Source: a virus (taxonomy: Duplodnaviria > Caudoviricetes). From it: 24,777 bases of DNA. Location of the stretch: positions 1-24,777 of IMG/VR virus record IMGVR_UViG_3300032225_000166; one strand, written 5' to 3'. Made by a program: the position numbers and the translations under genes. The notes under the pieces are model-generated. The model was not told the origin of the DNA, did no database searches, and was given only the letters and a program-made list of their open reading frames with translations. Numbering within the stretch: the first letter of the stretch is position 1; the number at the start of each line of letters is the position of its first letter. Shown one piece after another: positions 1 to 8,224 of the stretch.

Positions 1-261
1 AACAAAGGCAATAAGAATGAAAACCATAAAAACAAAAATGAAAACCATAAAAACAAAAATGAAAACCATAAAAACAAAAATGAAAACCATAAAAACAAAA
101 ATGAAAACCATAAGAATAAGAATGAAAACCATAAAAACAAAAATGAAAACCATAAGAACAAGAATGAAAACCATAAAAACAAAAATGAAAACCATAAGAA
201 CAAGAATGAAAGCCTGGGAACCAAAACCAAAGGCAATAAAAGTATGGGCGATTTATCTTAA
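1..261 (+). CDS. 3' end of a possible low-complexity protein with (NENHKNK)9 repeats, 5'-truncated by the window
   Basis: Frame +1 is open from base 1 to TAA 259-261 and reads NKGNK(NENHKNK)9NESLGTKTKGNKSMGDLS*. All between-copy variants (AAA/AAG, AAC/AAT) are synonymous in this frame. Confidence 0.45.
   Translation, partial: NKGNKNENHKNKNENHKNKNENHKNKNENHKNKNENHKNKNENHKNKNENHKNKNENHKNKNENHKNKNESLGTKTKGNKSMGDLS
16..211. repeat. 21-bp tandem repeat AATGAAAACCATAA(A/G)AA(C/T)AA(A/G), 9 full copies plus a partial copy
   Basis: Units start at 16, 37, 58, 79, 100, 121, 142, 163 and 184, with partial AATGAAA at 205-211. There are no spacers. CAAAGGCAATAA flanks the array at 3-14 and 228-239. Confidence 0.97.
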
Positions 262-275
262 GAAAGATAAATCGC
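248..275. terminator. Perfect 12-bp inverted repeat; hairpin or protein-binding site overlapping the frame +1 stop codon
   Basis: GCGATTTATCTT-AAGA-AAGATAAATCGC. There is no clear U-tract, so terminator function is uncertain. Confidence 0.4.
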
Positions 276-354
276 TGCTCGTCCCTGCGCGATTGAATAT
301 GATTATGCAATCTATCGCTTATCGCGATAGATGCGTAAGAGTAAGAGTGATAAG

Positions 355-407
355 GTGTTCCTCGAAGACTCGTCACTTACGCTTTGTGTTCCTCGAAGAC
401 TCGTCAC
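355..407. repeat. Perfect 22-bp direct repeat pair
   Basis: GTGTTCCTCGAAGACTCGTCAC at 355-376 and 386-407, separated by 9 nt. Confidence 0.9.
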
Positions 408-530
408 GAAAACCGAAGAGTGCTAGACCCCACCGGAGTGCCACCCCCCAAAGAGCGGAGATGGGACCCGAGGTTGGACTAAACTCTCTGTGCCTCACAA
501 ACCACCCCACCGTTACGCTAACTCTGCAAA

Positions 531-561
531 AAACCCGGGTTTATATTACATAATATTATGT
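531..561. promoter_or_regulatory. Two adjacent perfect palindromes, candidate operator or packaging-protein sites
   Basis: AAACCCGGGTTT (531-542) and ACATAATATTATGT (548-561), upstream of the first gene of the operon. Confidence 0.4.
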
Positions 562-628
562 TAGCTAGACCCCACCCCCCTCTTTATAGGAACACCCCCC
601 GGTAGGAGTCCCAACCTCCTCCCATATT

Positions 629-648
629 TGTGGTATATATTATAAGTA
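629..648 (+). promoter_or_regulatory. Possible -10 element giving a leaderless transcript of the methyltransferase gene
   Basis: TGTGGTATATATTATAAGT-ATG: TATATT at 636-641 lies 6 nt before ATG 648, and there is no Shine-Dalgarno. Confidence 0.25.
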
Positions 649-1268
649 TGGCTAAAGTACTCATTGCTTGCGAGTTCAGCGGTGTGGTCAGAGATGCGTT
701 TGCTAACGCAGGTCATGACGCATGGTCCTGCGACTTGTTACCTTCAGAATCACCCGGTAACCATATTTTAGGTGATGTAACCCACATCCTTAATGACGGA
801 TGGGACCTGATGATTGGACACCCGCCTTGCACATATATATGTAGGAGTGGCTACCACTGGAGGTACCGCATACCCGGACGGGATGCTCTCACTGTGCAAG
901 CACTGGACTTCGTGAAGCTATTGATGAACGCGCCTATCAAGCACATAGCCATTGAGAACCCTATCGGGCGTATCTCGGTTGAGATGCGTAAGCCAGAGCA
1001 AATCATCCAGCCGTACATGTTCGGTCACGATGCCAAAAAGTCCACCTGCCTTTGGCTGAAGAACTTGCCGAAGTTGAAGCCAACCGAAATAATCGAAGGG
1101 CGAACAGTGATTTCTTACAGTGGTAAACCTGCTAAACGGTGGGGTAACCAGTACGATAAGTACGGGCATGACAACACCCCGCACAATGACGATAGGTGGA
1201 AAATACGTTCTGTGACATATACTGGGATTGCACAAGCCATGGCAGACCAGTGGGGAGGACTTATTTAA
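648..1268 (+). CDS. Minimal phage DNA (cytosine-5) methyltransferase-like protein
   Basis: VLIACEFSG (variant SAM-binding motif I), AWSCD, GD, DLMIGHPPC (catalytic PC), IAIENP (motif VI) and C-terminal GIAQAMADQW. ATG 648 is preferred over GTG 630. Confidence 0.75.
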   Translation: MAKVLIACEFSGVVRDAFANAGHDAWSCDLLPSESPGNHILGDVTHILNDGWDLMIGHPPCTYICRSGYHWRYRIPGRDALTVQALDFVKLLMNAPIKHIAIENPIGRISVEMRKPEQIIQPYMFGHDAKKSTCLWLKNLPKLKPTEIIEGRTVISYSGKPAKRWGNQYDKYGHDNTPHNDDRWKIRSVTYTGIAQAMADQWGGLI

Positions 1269-1822
1269 TGCTGATCCCGGACATTGAAAGTGATATCCCT
1301 TTACCAGCAAGAGCTACTGAAGCGTTACCTGATTTATCTCCGGCAGAAGAGCTGGAGATGCGGGTGCGTACAATTAAACTTCTATCCGATCTTGCGGGCA
1401 CACCAATCACTCCCACTTCTGCCGACAAAGAAGAAGCCACGGACCTCGCCCGCAAAATGATGACCGACCCCAAGATGCGCCCCGAATACGCTAAGTATCC
1501 GAACGAAGTCATGGCTTATCTTGCTGGTTTGGTGGCTCAATCCAACTGCATGTTGGTGGATGAGCTATCGGACCTGAAGCTTTACGTCGTGAACAAGCTC
1601 GTGCATGAAGTGGAGCATGCCCCAACCCCCAAGGACCGTATCGCTGCCCTGTCCAAACTGGGTGAAGTGGATGGTGTGGACGCCTTCAAGAAGCGTTCTG
1701 AGCTTACCGTGCAGGTCAAACCGATAGCAGAGGTCGAGAAAGAGCTTCTGGACACCCTCAACGTGCTGGAAACACGGTTCATAGAAGTCCAAACCCCGCA
1801 AATTACCCATCATGTTGACTAA
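1268..1822 (+). CDS. terS: Putative terminase small subunit
   Basis: 184 aa from ATG 1268 (TAATG overlap with the upstream stop), helical in character, and directly upstream of and overlapping TerL. The call is mostly positional. Confidence 0.55.
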   Translation: MLIPDIESDIPLPARATEALPDLSPAEELEMRVRTIKLLSDLAGTPITPTSADKEEATDLARKMMTDPKMRPEYAKYPNEVMAYLAGLVAQSNCMLVDELSDLKLYVVNKLVHEVEHAPTPKDRIAALSKLGEVDGVDAFKKRSELTVQVKPIAEVEKELLDTLNVLETRFIEVQTPQITHHVD

Positions 1823-3326
1823 TATCACCCCGCAAGACATTCAGAAGCTCAAGAATGCGCTTCCAACCATGCCGGACAAGGAAAAACGGCGTGTAGCGGG
1901 GCTGTTGAAGCAGTATCAGACCCAGATGACCCAAGAATTGGGTAAAAAGTCGTTCCTTGACTTCATCGCCCACGTATATCCGGGCTACAAAGTGGGTCCT
2001 CACCACCGCAAACTTGCCAAAATCTTTGAGGAGATAGAAGCAGGCAAAAAGAAAAGGGTGATAGTTAACATTGCCCCCCGCCATGGCAAGAGTGAGATGA
2101 TTTCCTACCTTGCTCCGGCGTGGTTCTTAGGTAAAAACCCCCATAAAAAAATCATTATGGGTTCCCATACCGCCGACTTGGCGGTGAATTTCGGTCGCCG
2201 CGTACGTAACTTAGTAGGTTCGGAGGCATACAAAGATGTTTTTCCGCAAGTCGAACTACAAGCAGACTCCAAGAGTGCGTCTCGTTGGGGAACCAATTTT
2301 AACGGTGAGTATTTTGCTATCGGTGTCGGTGGCGCTCTTGCTGGTCGTGGTGCTGACCTTTTTATTATCGATGACCCTCACTCTGAGCAAGAAGCCAAGC
2401 AGGGACGATCTGATGTGTTTGAACCAGCTTGGGAATGGTTCCAATCAGGCCCCATCCAACGACTGATGCCGGGCGGCGCGATTATTGTGGTAATGACCCG
2501 TTGGTCGAAGCTCGACCTGACCGGGCAGATTATCAACCACATGACCAAAAATGAAGACGCAGATGAATGGGAAATTGTTGAATTTCCAGCCATTCTCAAT
2601 GACAAACCGCTCTGGCCTGAGTTCTGGGACCTCGATGAGTTACTTGCCAAGAAGGCAGGTATGGACGTTCGGTACTGGCAAGCCCAGTACATGCAAGACC
2701 CCGTGTCCGAGGAAGGCGCACTCATTAAGAAGGAGTGGTGGCAGATTTGGGAGAAGGACGACCCGCCCAAGTGCGAGTTCATCATCATGGCGTTGGACGC
2801 CGCCCAAGAGACTAATAACCGTGCGGACTACAACGCGCTCACTGTCTGGGGGGTTTTCTTCAATGAAGAGGTAAAAAACTATAACATCATCTTGCTCAAT
2901 GCCATCAAGCAGCGGTTGGAGTTCCCCGACCTGAAAGCCCTCGTCCTTGAGGAGTACAAGGAGTGGGAGCCGGATAGTTTTATTGTAGAAAAGAAATCTA
3001 ACGGTGCCGCGCTGTATCAGGAACTCCGGCGGACAGGTGTACCTGTATCAGAATTTACTCCCGGTAAGGGACAAGATAAGATATCCCGTGTAAACTCCGT
3101 GACGGACCTATTCTCTTCAGGTATTGTATGGGCACCGGATAGGAGATGGGCTAGTGAAGTGGTCGAGGAATGCAATGATTTCCCCGCTGGTCGCAACGAT
3201 GACCTCGTTGACAGTACCACGCTTGCACTCATGCGTTTCCGGCAGGGTGGTTTCATCCGACTCCCATCAGATGAACCTGAACCGACCAAGTACTTCAAGT
3301 CCCACCGTCGTGGAGGCTACTACTGA
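1812..3326 (+). CDS. terL: Terminase large subunit
   Basis: Walker A PRHGKS, Walker B LFIIDD, coupling motif VMTRW, and RNase H-like nuclease acidic motifs ALDAA, IVEKK and DDLVDS. Confidence 0.97.
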   Translation: MLTNITPQDIQKLKNALPTMPDKEKRRVAGLLKQYQTQMTQELGKKSFLDFIAHVYPGYKVGPHHRKLAKIFEEIEAGKKKRVIVNIAPRHGKSEMISYLAPAWFLGKNPHKKIIMGSHTADLAVNFGRRVRNLVGSEAYKDVFPQVELQADSKSASRWGTNFNGEYFAIGVGGALAGRGADLFIIDDPHSEQEAKQGRSDVFEPAWEWFQSGPIQRLMPGGAIIVVMTRWSKLDLTGQIINHMTKNEDADEWEIVEFPAILNDKPLWPEFWDLDELLAKKAGMDVRYWQAQYMQDPVSEEGALIKKEWWQIWEKDDPPKCEFIIMALDAAQETNNRADYNALTVWGVFFNEEVKNYNIILLNAIKQRLEFPDLKALVLEEYKEWEPDSFIVEKKSNGAALYQELRRTGVPVSEFTPGKGQDKISRVNSVTDLFSSGIVWAPDRRWASEVVEECNDFPAGRNDDLVDSTTLALMRFRQGGFIRLPSDEPEPTKYFKSHRRGGYY

Positions 3327-5164
3327 TGCCAAGCACAAAAACGCCTCGGTATAAGTACAAGCCGCCCAAGGCAGAGATGCGGGCAATTGACCCATATGAA
3401 CGGCACCCCATAGCAGAAGGTATTGCATCGGGTCTTGGCTATTTACGCGATAGTCTTGACTCAGGCAATATACTAGATGTGCTTTCGATGGGTCCGATGC
3501 GCCGTGCTCTTGACGGAGATTTTACGCCACGCCGTCCTCCTACTACGCACAGTGGGTTGGGCAGCTTGACGATGGGTCGCGCTCCGGAAGAACTGCACGA
3601 TGAAGCCGCTGGGTTCTCGCCGTTTTCGGAGGAGCCTAACTACGGAAATATCCTTGACCCCCGTATCAAGGCAGGGCGTGAGCAGGGTTTGACAGACCTC
3701 GCGTTTCTTGGAGATACCGCTGCCGCTATGACCATGGCTCCTGTAAGAGGTGCTGTAACTAGAGGGCTGCGCGGTATTGGGATGCGGTCTAAGGTAAACC
3801 CCATAGGTGGGATTATTGATACCGCGCCAGTACGCAGTGATGGACTAGATGCAGTCGTTGGTCGTGGTCGGCTACCGCTTATTCATGGCTCCAACAATAA
3901 TGCGCTTACGCTCGGTGATGTAGATATTCTCCGGACTGGACAGCGTCAGTCGCAGCGGAGCAATCCGGTTGGCGGGTTCTATATGTCTAACCCCGAAGAC
4001 CTCGCCCATGCGGAAGGGTACGCAAAAATGCGGAATAGGGGGGCATCTCCGGACGCTTCAGTAGACCCGACTATTTACGATATGGGTGTCAGGCAGGGGA
4101 CCAAAGTTCTTAGGATTAATGGTTCTACCGATAGACTCTCTCAAAATTACATCAAAGAGCTTCAGTCTCAGGGATATGGGCTTGTTGTAGGTAAAGATGT
4201 TCGCGGGCGTACGGAGTACGTAGCAATTGACAAGAATGCGCTTGAGACCATGAATCCTCGGAGAACTGAGCCCGACGCTCCAGCAGACATGAGCCGCCGC
4301 GCCTTTTTGGGTAACACAGGCAAAGTTGCTGGCGGCCTTGCCGCTGCTTCGGTACTTCCTTTTGCTCTACGCGGGGCCGAGCATGCTGCTCCCGCTGTGG
4401 TGGAACACGCCATCCCTGCCGCCGCAGCCCGTCAGGCTACGCTTGCAGAATGGACAGCGGCAAACCAAATAGCTCGTGCTAATGCTCAACGTGCTATGGA
4501 TTTGGTTGGTTTACCCCGTGATAGTCTTTATGAAGCTAGTAGAGCTTATAAGTTAGCTCTTGAAGATGAAATGGCAAGGTTAAAAAATAGCCCACATTTT
4601 AAAGATTTTGAGACCCCGCACGATATTCATTTAAAGGAAGCACAAGAACTTGATGATTTAGAAAAGAATTATGATGCTAGCAACGACCGCCAAAATCCGT
4701 ATGATGGTGCGGATTATGGAGAAGACTGGGAAAATTACATGTATCGTAGACACGAAGTGGAAGATAAATATGCCAATATAATGCGTGAGTACGATCAAAA
4801 ACACGGATATATTGATAACAATGAAGTATATAACAAACTGAAAGAAGACCCAAACTTTAAATATGTTGACCCATATAGTCATAATGAACTTACTTGGGTT
4901 AAATTTGATAAAAATAAACATGAATGGGTAAAAACAGAATTTAATCCTAGCAAAACTATTGGTTCAACTGGGCAAATGAGGGGATATATTAATCCTGAAA
5001 ATGGATTAGCCTACCCAAATAATATTAATAGGCATACACATCCCGAATTATCCGCAGAGTATTTCAAGAAATATTTGCGGGACCGTGAAATTCCCCACGC
5101 CAAGGGCGGCTCTGTTACCATGCCTGACAATTACCGTGCCGGTGGGCGAGTGAGGGTTATCTGA
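3326..5164 (+). CDS. Mosaic (polyvalent-type) protein with an ADP-ribosyltransferase-like domain; probable internal or ejected virion protein
   Basis: LIHGS...GGFYMS...AEGYA...GRTEYVAID at about 3878-4235, an internal SRRAFL segment, an AT-rich C-terminal module, and terminal HAKGGSV/YRAGGRV motifs. TGATG-coupled to both terL and portal. Confidence 0.6.
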   Translation: MPSTKTPRYKYKPPKAEMRAIDPYERHPIAEGIASGLGYLRDSLDSGNILDVLSMGPMRRALDGDFTPRRPPTTHSGLGSLTMGRAPEELHDEAAGFSPFSEEPNYGNILDPRIKAGREQGLTDLAFLGDTAAAMTMAPVRGAVTRGLRGIGMRSKVNPIGGIIDTAPVRSDGLDAVVGRGRLPLIHGSNNNALTLGDVDILRTGQRQSQRSNPVGGFYMSNPEDLAHAEGYAKMRNRGASPDASVDPTIYDMGVRQGTKVLRINGSTDRLSQNYIKELQSQGYGLVVGKDVRGRTEYVAIDKNALETMNPRRTEPDAPADMSRRAFLGNTGKVAGGLAAASVLPFALRGAEHAAPAVVEHAIPAAAARQATLAEWTAANQIARANAQRAMDLVGLPRDSLYEASRAYKLALEDEMARLKNSPHFKDFETPHDIHLKEAQELDDLEKNYDASNDRQNPYDGADYGEDWENYMYRRHEVEDKYANIMREYDQKHGYIDNNEVYNKLKEDPNFKYVDPYSHNELTWVKFDKNKHEWVKTEFNPSKTIGSTGQMRGYINPENGLAYPNNINRHTHPELSAEYFKKYLRDREIPHAKGGSVTMPDNYRAGGRVRVI

Positions 5165-7662
5165 TGGCTATTGACAAGTCTCTATATGAAGCTCCGATGG
5201 GGCTTAGTGCTCTTGATGAAGAGCCGATGGATATTCAGATTATCCTTCCGGAAGACGCTGAAGTAGATGTAACTGCTGAAGAAGAGGAAGAGGGCTTCGA
5301 CGATAATCTTGCGGAGTACATGAGTGAGAGCGAGCTTCAGTCGCTAGCGTCCGACCTGCTCGGGGATGTCGATGACGACATCGACGCTCGTAAGGACTGG
5401 CTCACTACTTATGTAGATGGCTTGAAGCTCCTCGGTTTGAAGAACGAAGAACGGATGGAGCCATGGGCTGGCGCCTGCGGCGTGACGCACCCTCTTCTAA
5501 TGGAAGCTGCGGTGAAGTTCCAGTCCGAGACTATCATGGAGACGTTCCCCGCTGCGGGTCCGGTGCGTACCAAGATTATTGGCAAAGAAACTTCAGAAAA
5601 AATGGACGCCGCCCAGCGCGTCCAAGAGGACATGAATTACCGTCTGACAGAGCAGATGCTGGAGTACCGCCCTGACCATGAGCGTATGCTCATCTCCTTA
5701 TGCCTCTCAGGCAATGCATTTAAGAAAATTTACTACGACCCGTCACTGGAACGGCAAATTGCCGTATTTGTCCCAGCAGAGGACATTATTGTTCCGTACG
5801 GGGCTAGTAACCTTGAGTCTGCTGAACGCGTTGCACACCGCATGCGTAAGACCAAGAACGAACTACGCAAGCTTCAGGTAGCCGGGTTCTACTTAGATGT
5901 AGACCTTGGTGATCCAGTGCGAATCATGGATGAGGTAGAAAAGCGAAAGTCCACGGAGCAGGGATTTTCTGCAACGATGGATGATCGGTTCCAACTCCTT
6001 GAAATCCATGCAGAACTTGACCTTCCGGGGTACGAAGATGAGGACGGCATTGCCCTCCCATACGTAGTAACTATTGAGAAGGGGACCAGCACGGTTCTTG
6101 CCATCCGTCGTAACTGGCTGGAGGAAGACCCGCTCAAGATGCGCCGTCAGCATTTTGTGCATTACGGGTATATCCCTAGCTTTGGCTTCTATTACTTTGG
6201 CCTGATTCACCTTATCGGTGGTCACTCTAAGGCCGCAACGTCCCTTATGCGTCAGCTTGTTGACGCTGGCACTCTATCCAACCTTCCCGGTGGCTTAAAG
6301 TCTCGTGGTCTGCGAGTCAAGGGCGACGATACTCCCATTGCCCCCGGTGAATTCAGGGACGTTGATCTTCCGTCCGGTGCCATCCGCGACAACATTCTCC
6401 CGCTCCCTTATAAGGAGCCAAGTCAGGTCTTGATGGCCCTGATGGACAAGATTGTTGATGATGGTAGGCAGTTTGCCGCTGCCGCTGACCTTCAAGTATC
6501 GGATATGTCGGCACAGGCACCCGTGGGTACGACCCTCGCGGTGTTGGAACGTACGCTCAAAGTGATGAGCGCAATTCAGGCACGTATTCATTACGCGATG
6601 AAGCAAGAGTTTAAGCTCCTTGCAGCAATCATCCGTGACAATATGCCTACGTCATATGACTACGAGCCCGAAACCGGCGATCCCGGTGCTAAGCAGTCCG
6701 ACTATGACCAAGTAGATATTCTCCCGGTCAGTGACCCCAACGCCAGCACCATGGCGCAGCGAGTCGTGCAGTATCAGGCGGTTATGCAGTTGGCGCAGGG
6801 TGCGCCGCAGATTTACAACCTACCTGTTCTCCATCGGCAGATGATTGAGATTCTTGGCGTTAAGAACGCTGATAAGATTGTCCCCAAACAAGACGAAATG
6901 AAAGCTATGGACCCGGTGTCCGAGAACATGGCGATGTATATGGGTAAGCCAACCAAAGCGTTCCTATACCAAGATCATACGTCACATATTGGCGTCCATA
7001 TGGCAGCAATGCAGGACCCCAAGATGGCAGCGTTAATGGGTCAAACCCCACAGGCGCAATCAATTCAAGCGGCGTTTTCAGCGCACTTGATGGAGCATAT
7101 GGCGTATCAGTACCGCAAGGATTTGGAAAAGCAGCTTGGAGCCAGTCTCCCACCGCCGCCTGATTTCCTTGGGGAAGATGACGAGGTTGGGTTCCTTACG
7201 CCTGAACTTGAATTGCAAGTCTCGCAGCTCGCTGCGGAAGCAGCTGACCGACTACTTCAGAAAGACACTGCTGAAGCCCAGCAGCAACAGGCTCAACAGC
7301 AGATGCAGGACCCGCTCGTGCAGATGCAGCAGATGGACCTCCAGATTAAGAAGCAACTTGCTGACATCGAAGGTCAGAAGGTGCAACTTGACCATCAGAT
7401 CAAGCTAGGACAGCTTGATTTGCAAAAACAGAAAATGACGACTGATGCTATTGCCAAGTCAGATGAAATTGACCTTAAGGAAAAGCAGCAGACGATTGAT
7501 GCTCTCCATAAGAGTGACCAGACCGATTTGGCTCATGAGAAACATCAGAGCGACATGGCGCACAAATACGCCCTGCATAACTCGGATAACATCCGTATGG
7601 GCATGGAAGCAGCCCACAAACACATGACTTCCAGCAAACCTGAAAAGGCAAAGCCTGAATGA
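5164..7662 (+). CDS. Portal protein (P22-like, with long Gln-rich C-terminal coiled coil)
   Basis: 832 aa after TerL, with motifs HPLLMEAAVKFQ, GNAFKKIYYD, FYYFGLIHLIGG, RQLVDAGTLSNLPGG and a Q-rich heptad tail. Confidence 0.92.
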   Translation: MAIDKSLYEAPMGLSALDEEPMDIQIILPEDAEVDVTAEEEEEGFDDNLAEYMSESELQSLASDLLGDVDDDIDARKDWLTTYVDGLKLLGLKNEERMEPWAGACGVTHPLLMEAAVKFQSETIMETFPAAGPVRTKIIGKETSEKMDAAQRVQEDMNYRLTEQMLEYRPDHERMLISLCLSGNAFKKIYYDPSLERQIAVFVPAEDIIVPYGASNLESAERVAHRMRKTKNELRKLQVAGFYLDVDLGDPVRIMDEVEKRKSTEQGFSATMDDRFQLLEIHAELDLPGYEDEDGIALPYVVTIEKGTSTVLAIRRNWLEEDPLKMRRQHFVHYGYIPSFGFYYFGLIHLIGGHSKAATSLMRQLVDAGTLSNLPGGLKSRGLRVKGDDTPIAPGEFRDVDLPSGAIRDNILPLPYKEPSQVLMALMDKIVDDGRQFAAAADLQVSDMSAQAPVGTTLAVLERTLKVMSAIQARIHYAMKQEFKLLAAIIRDNMPTSYDYEPETGDPGAKQSDYDQVDILPVSDPNASTMAQRVVQYQAVMQLAQGAPQIYNLPVLHRQMIEILGVKNADKIVPKQDEMKAMDPVSENMAMYMGKPTKAFLYQDHTSHIGVHMAAMQDPKMAALMGQTPQAQSIQAAFSAHLMEHMAYQYRKDLEKQLGASLPPPPDFLGEDDEVGFLTPELELQVSQLAAEAADRLLQKDTAEAQQQQAQQQMQDPLVQMQQMDLQIKKQLADIEGQKVQLDHQIKLGQLDLQKQKMTTDAIAKSDEIDLKEKQQTIDALHKSDQTDLAHEKHQSDMAHKYALHNSDNIRMGMEAAHKHMTSSKPEKAKPE

Positions 7663-7862
7663 AAAAGTATCAAAACGCTTACGAGTACCTCATCTCCAAG
7701 CTCACGGAGAGGCAAGAGGAAGTTGGGGCGCACATATGTACCGGGCGACTCGCTAATTTTGAGGAGTTCCGGGCACTCTGCGGATTTATTGACGGTCTCA
7801 AATACGCAGAAGAATTAATCCGAGACCTTGAAAAACGTCAGGAGCAAGACGCAGATGAGTGA
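7659..7862 (+). CDS. Small conserved helical protein following the portal
   Basis: 67 aa with ATGA overlap; pattern G...FEEFRALCGFIDGL is typical of post-portal small proteins in such phages. Confidence 0.75.
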   Translation: MKKYQNAYEYLISKLTERQEEVGAHICTGRLANFEEFRALCGFIDGLKYAEELIRDLEKRQEQDADE

Positions 7863-8214
7863 TTTAAATTTTAATCCACAACCCACCCAGCTTCCGGAGC
7901 CATCGGGGTTCAAGCTGTTGTGTGCAATTCCGCAGATTGAAGAGGAATATTCAAGCGGCATCATTAAGGCAGAAAGCACCGTCAAGACCGAAGAACAGAC
8001 CACTGTGGTCTTGTTTGTGGTCAAGGTGGGGCCGGATGCTTACAAGGATATCAACCGTTTTCCTAGTGGCCCTTGGTGTAAGGTTGGGGATTTTGTCCTC
8101 GTTCGCCCGTATTCCGGTACCCGAGTCGTGATTCACGGCAAGGAATTTCGCATCATTAATGACGATACCGTTGAAGGTACTGTCGATGACCCCCGTGGCA
8201 TTCGCCGCGCATAA
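7855..8214 (+). CDS. groES: Co-chaperonin GroES (Cpn10)-like protein
   Basis: PSGFKLL...SSGII (mobile loop)...VVKVGP...KVGDFVL...YSGT...GKEFRIINDDTVEGTV. AGGAG at 7840-7844 supports ATG 7855. Confidence 0.9.
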   Translation: MSDLNFNPQPTQLPEPSGFKLLCAIPQIEEEYSSGIIKAESTVKTEEQTTVVLFVVKVGPDAYKDINRFPSGPWCKVGDFVLVRPYSGTRVVIHGKEFRIINDDTVEGTVDDPRGIRRA

Positions 8215-8224
8215 GGAGTAGAAA

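Noticed and set aside
16-407. CRISPR array
   Set aside because: The 21-bp units are head-to-tail with no spacers, the 22-bp repeat has only two copies 9 nt apart, and there are no cas genes.
17-553. ORF-track 178-aa protein (MKTIKTK)n
   Set aside because: Repeat variants are non-synonymous in this frame, there is no SD, and the 3' half crosses hairpins and repeats that look non-coding. Frame +1 fits better.
1196-1267. Upstream start extensions in the ORF track (630, 1196, 7828, 14897, 23174)
   Set aside because: Downstream ATGs (648, 1268, 7855, 14900, 23180) fit SD position or stop-start coupling better.
1812-7662. Intein, intron or homing endonuclease in terL or portal
   Set aside because: Both genes are uninterrupted and of ordinary length, and the intervening ORF has no HNH, GIY-YIG or LAGLIDADG motif.
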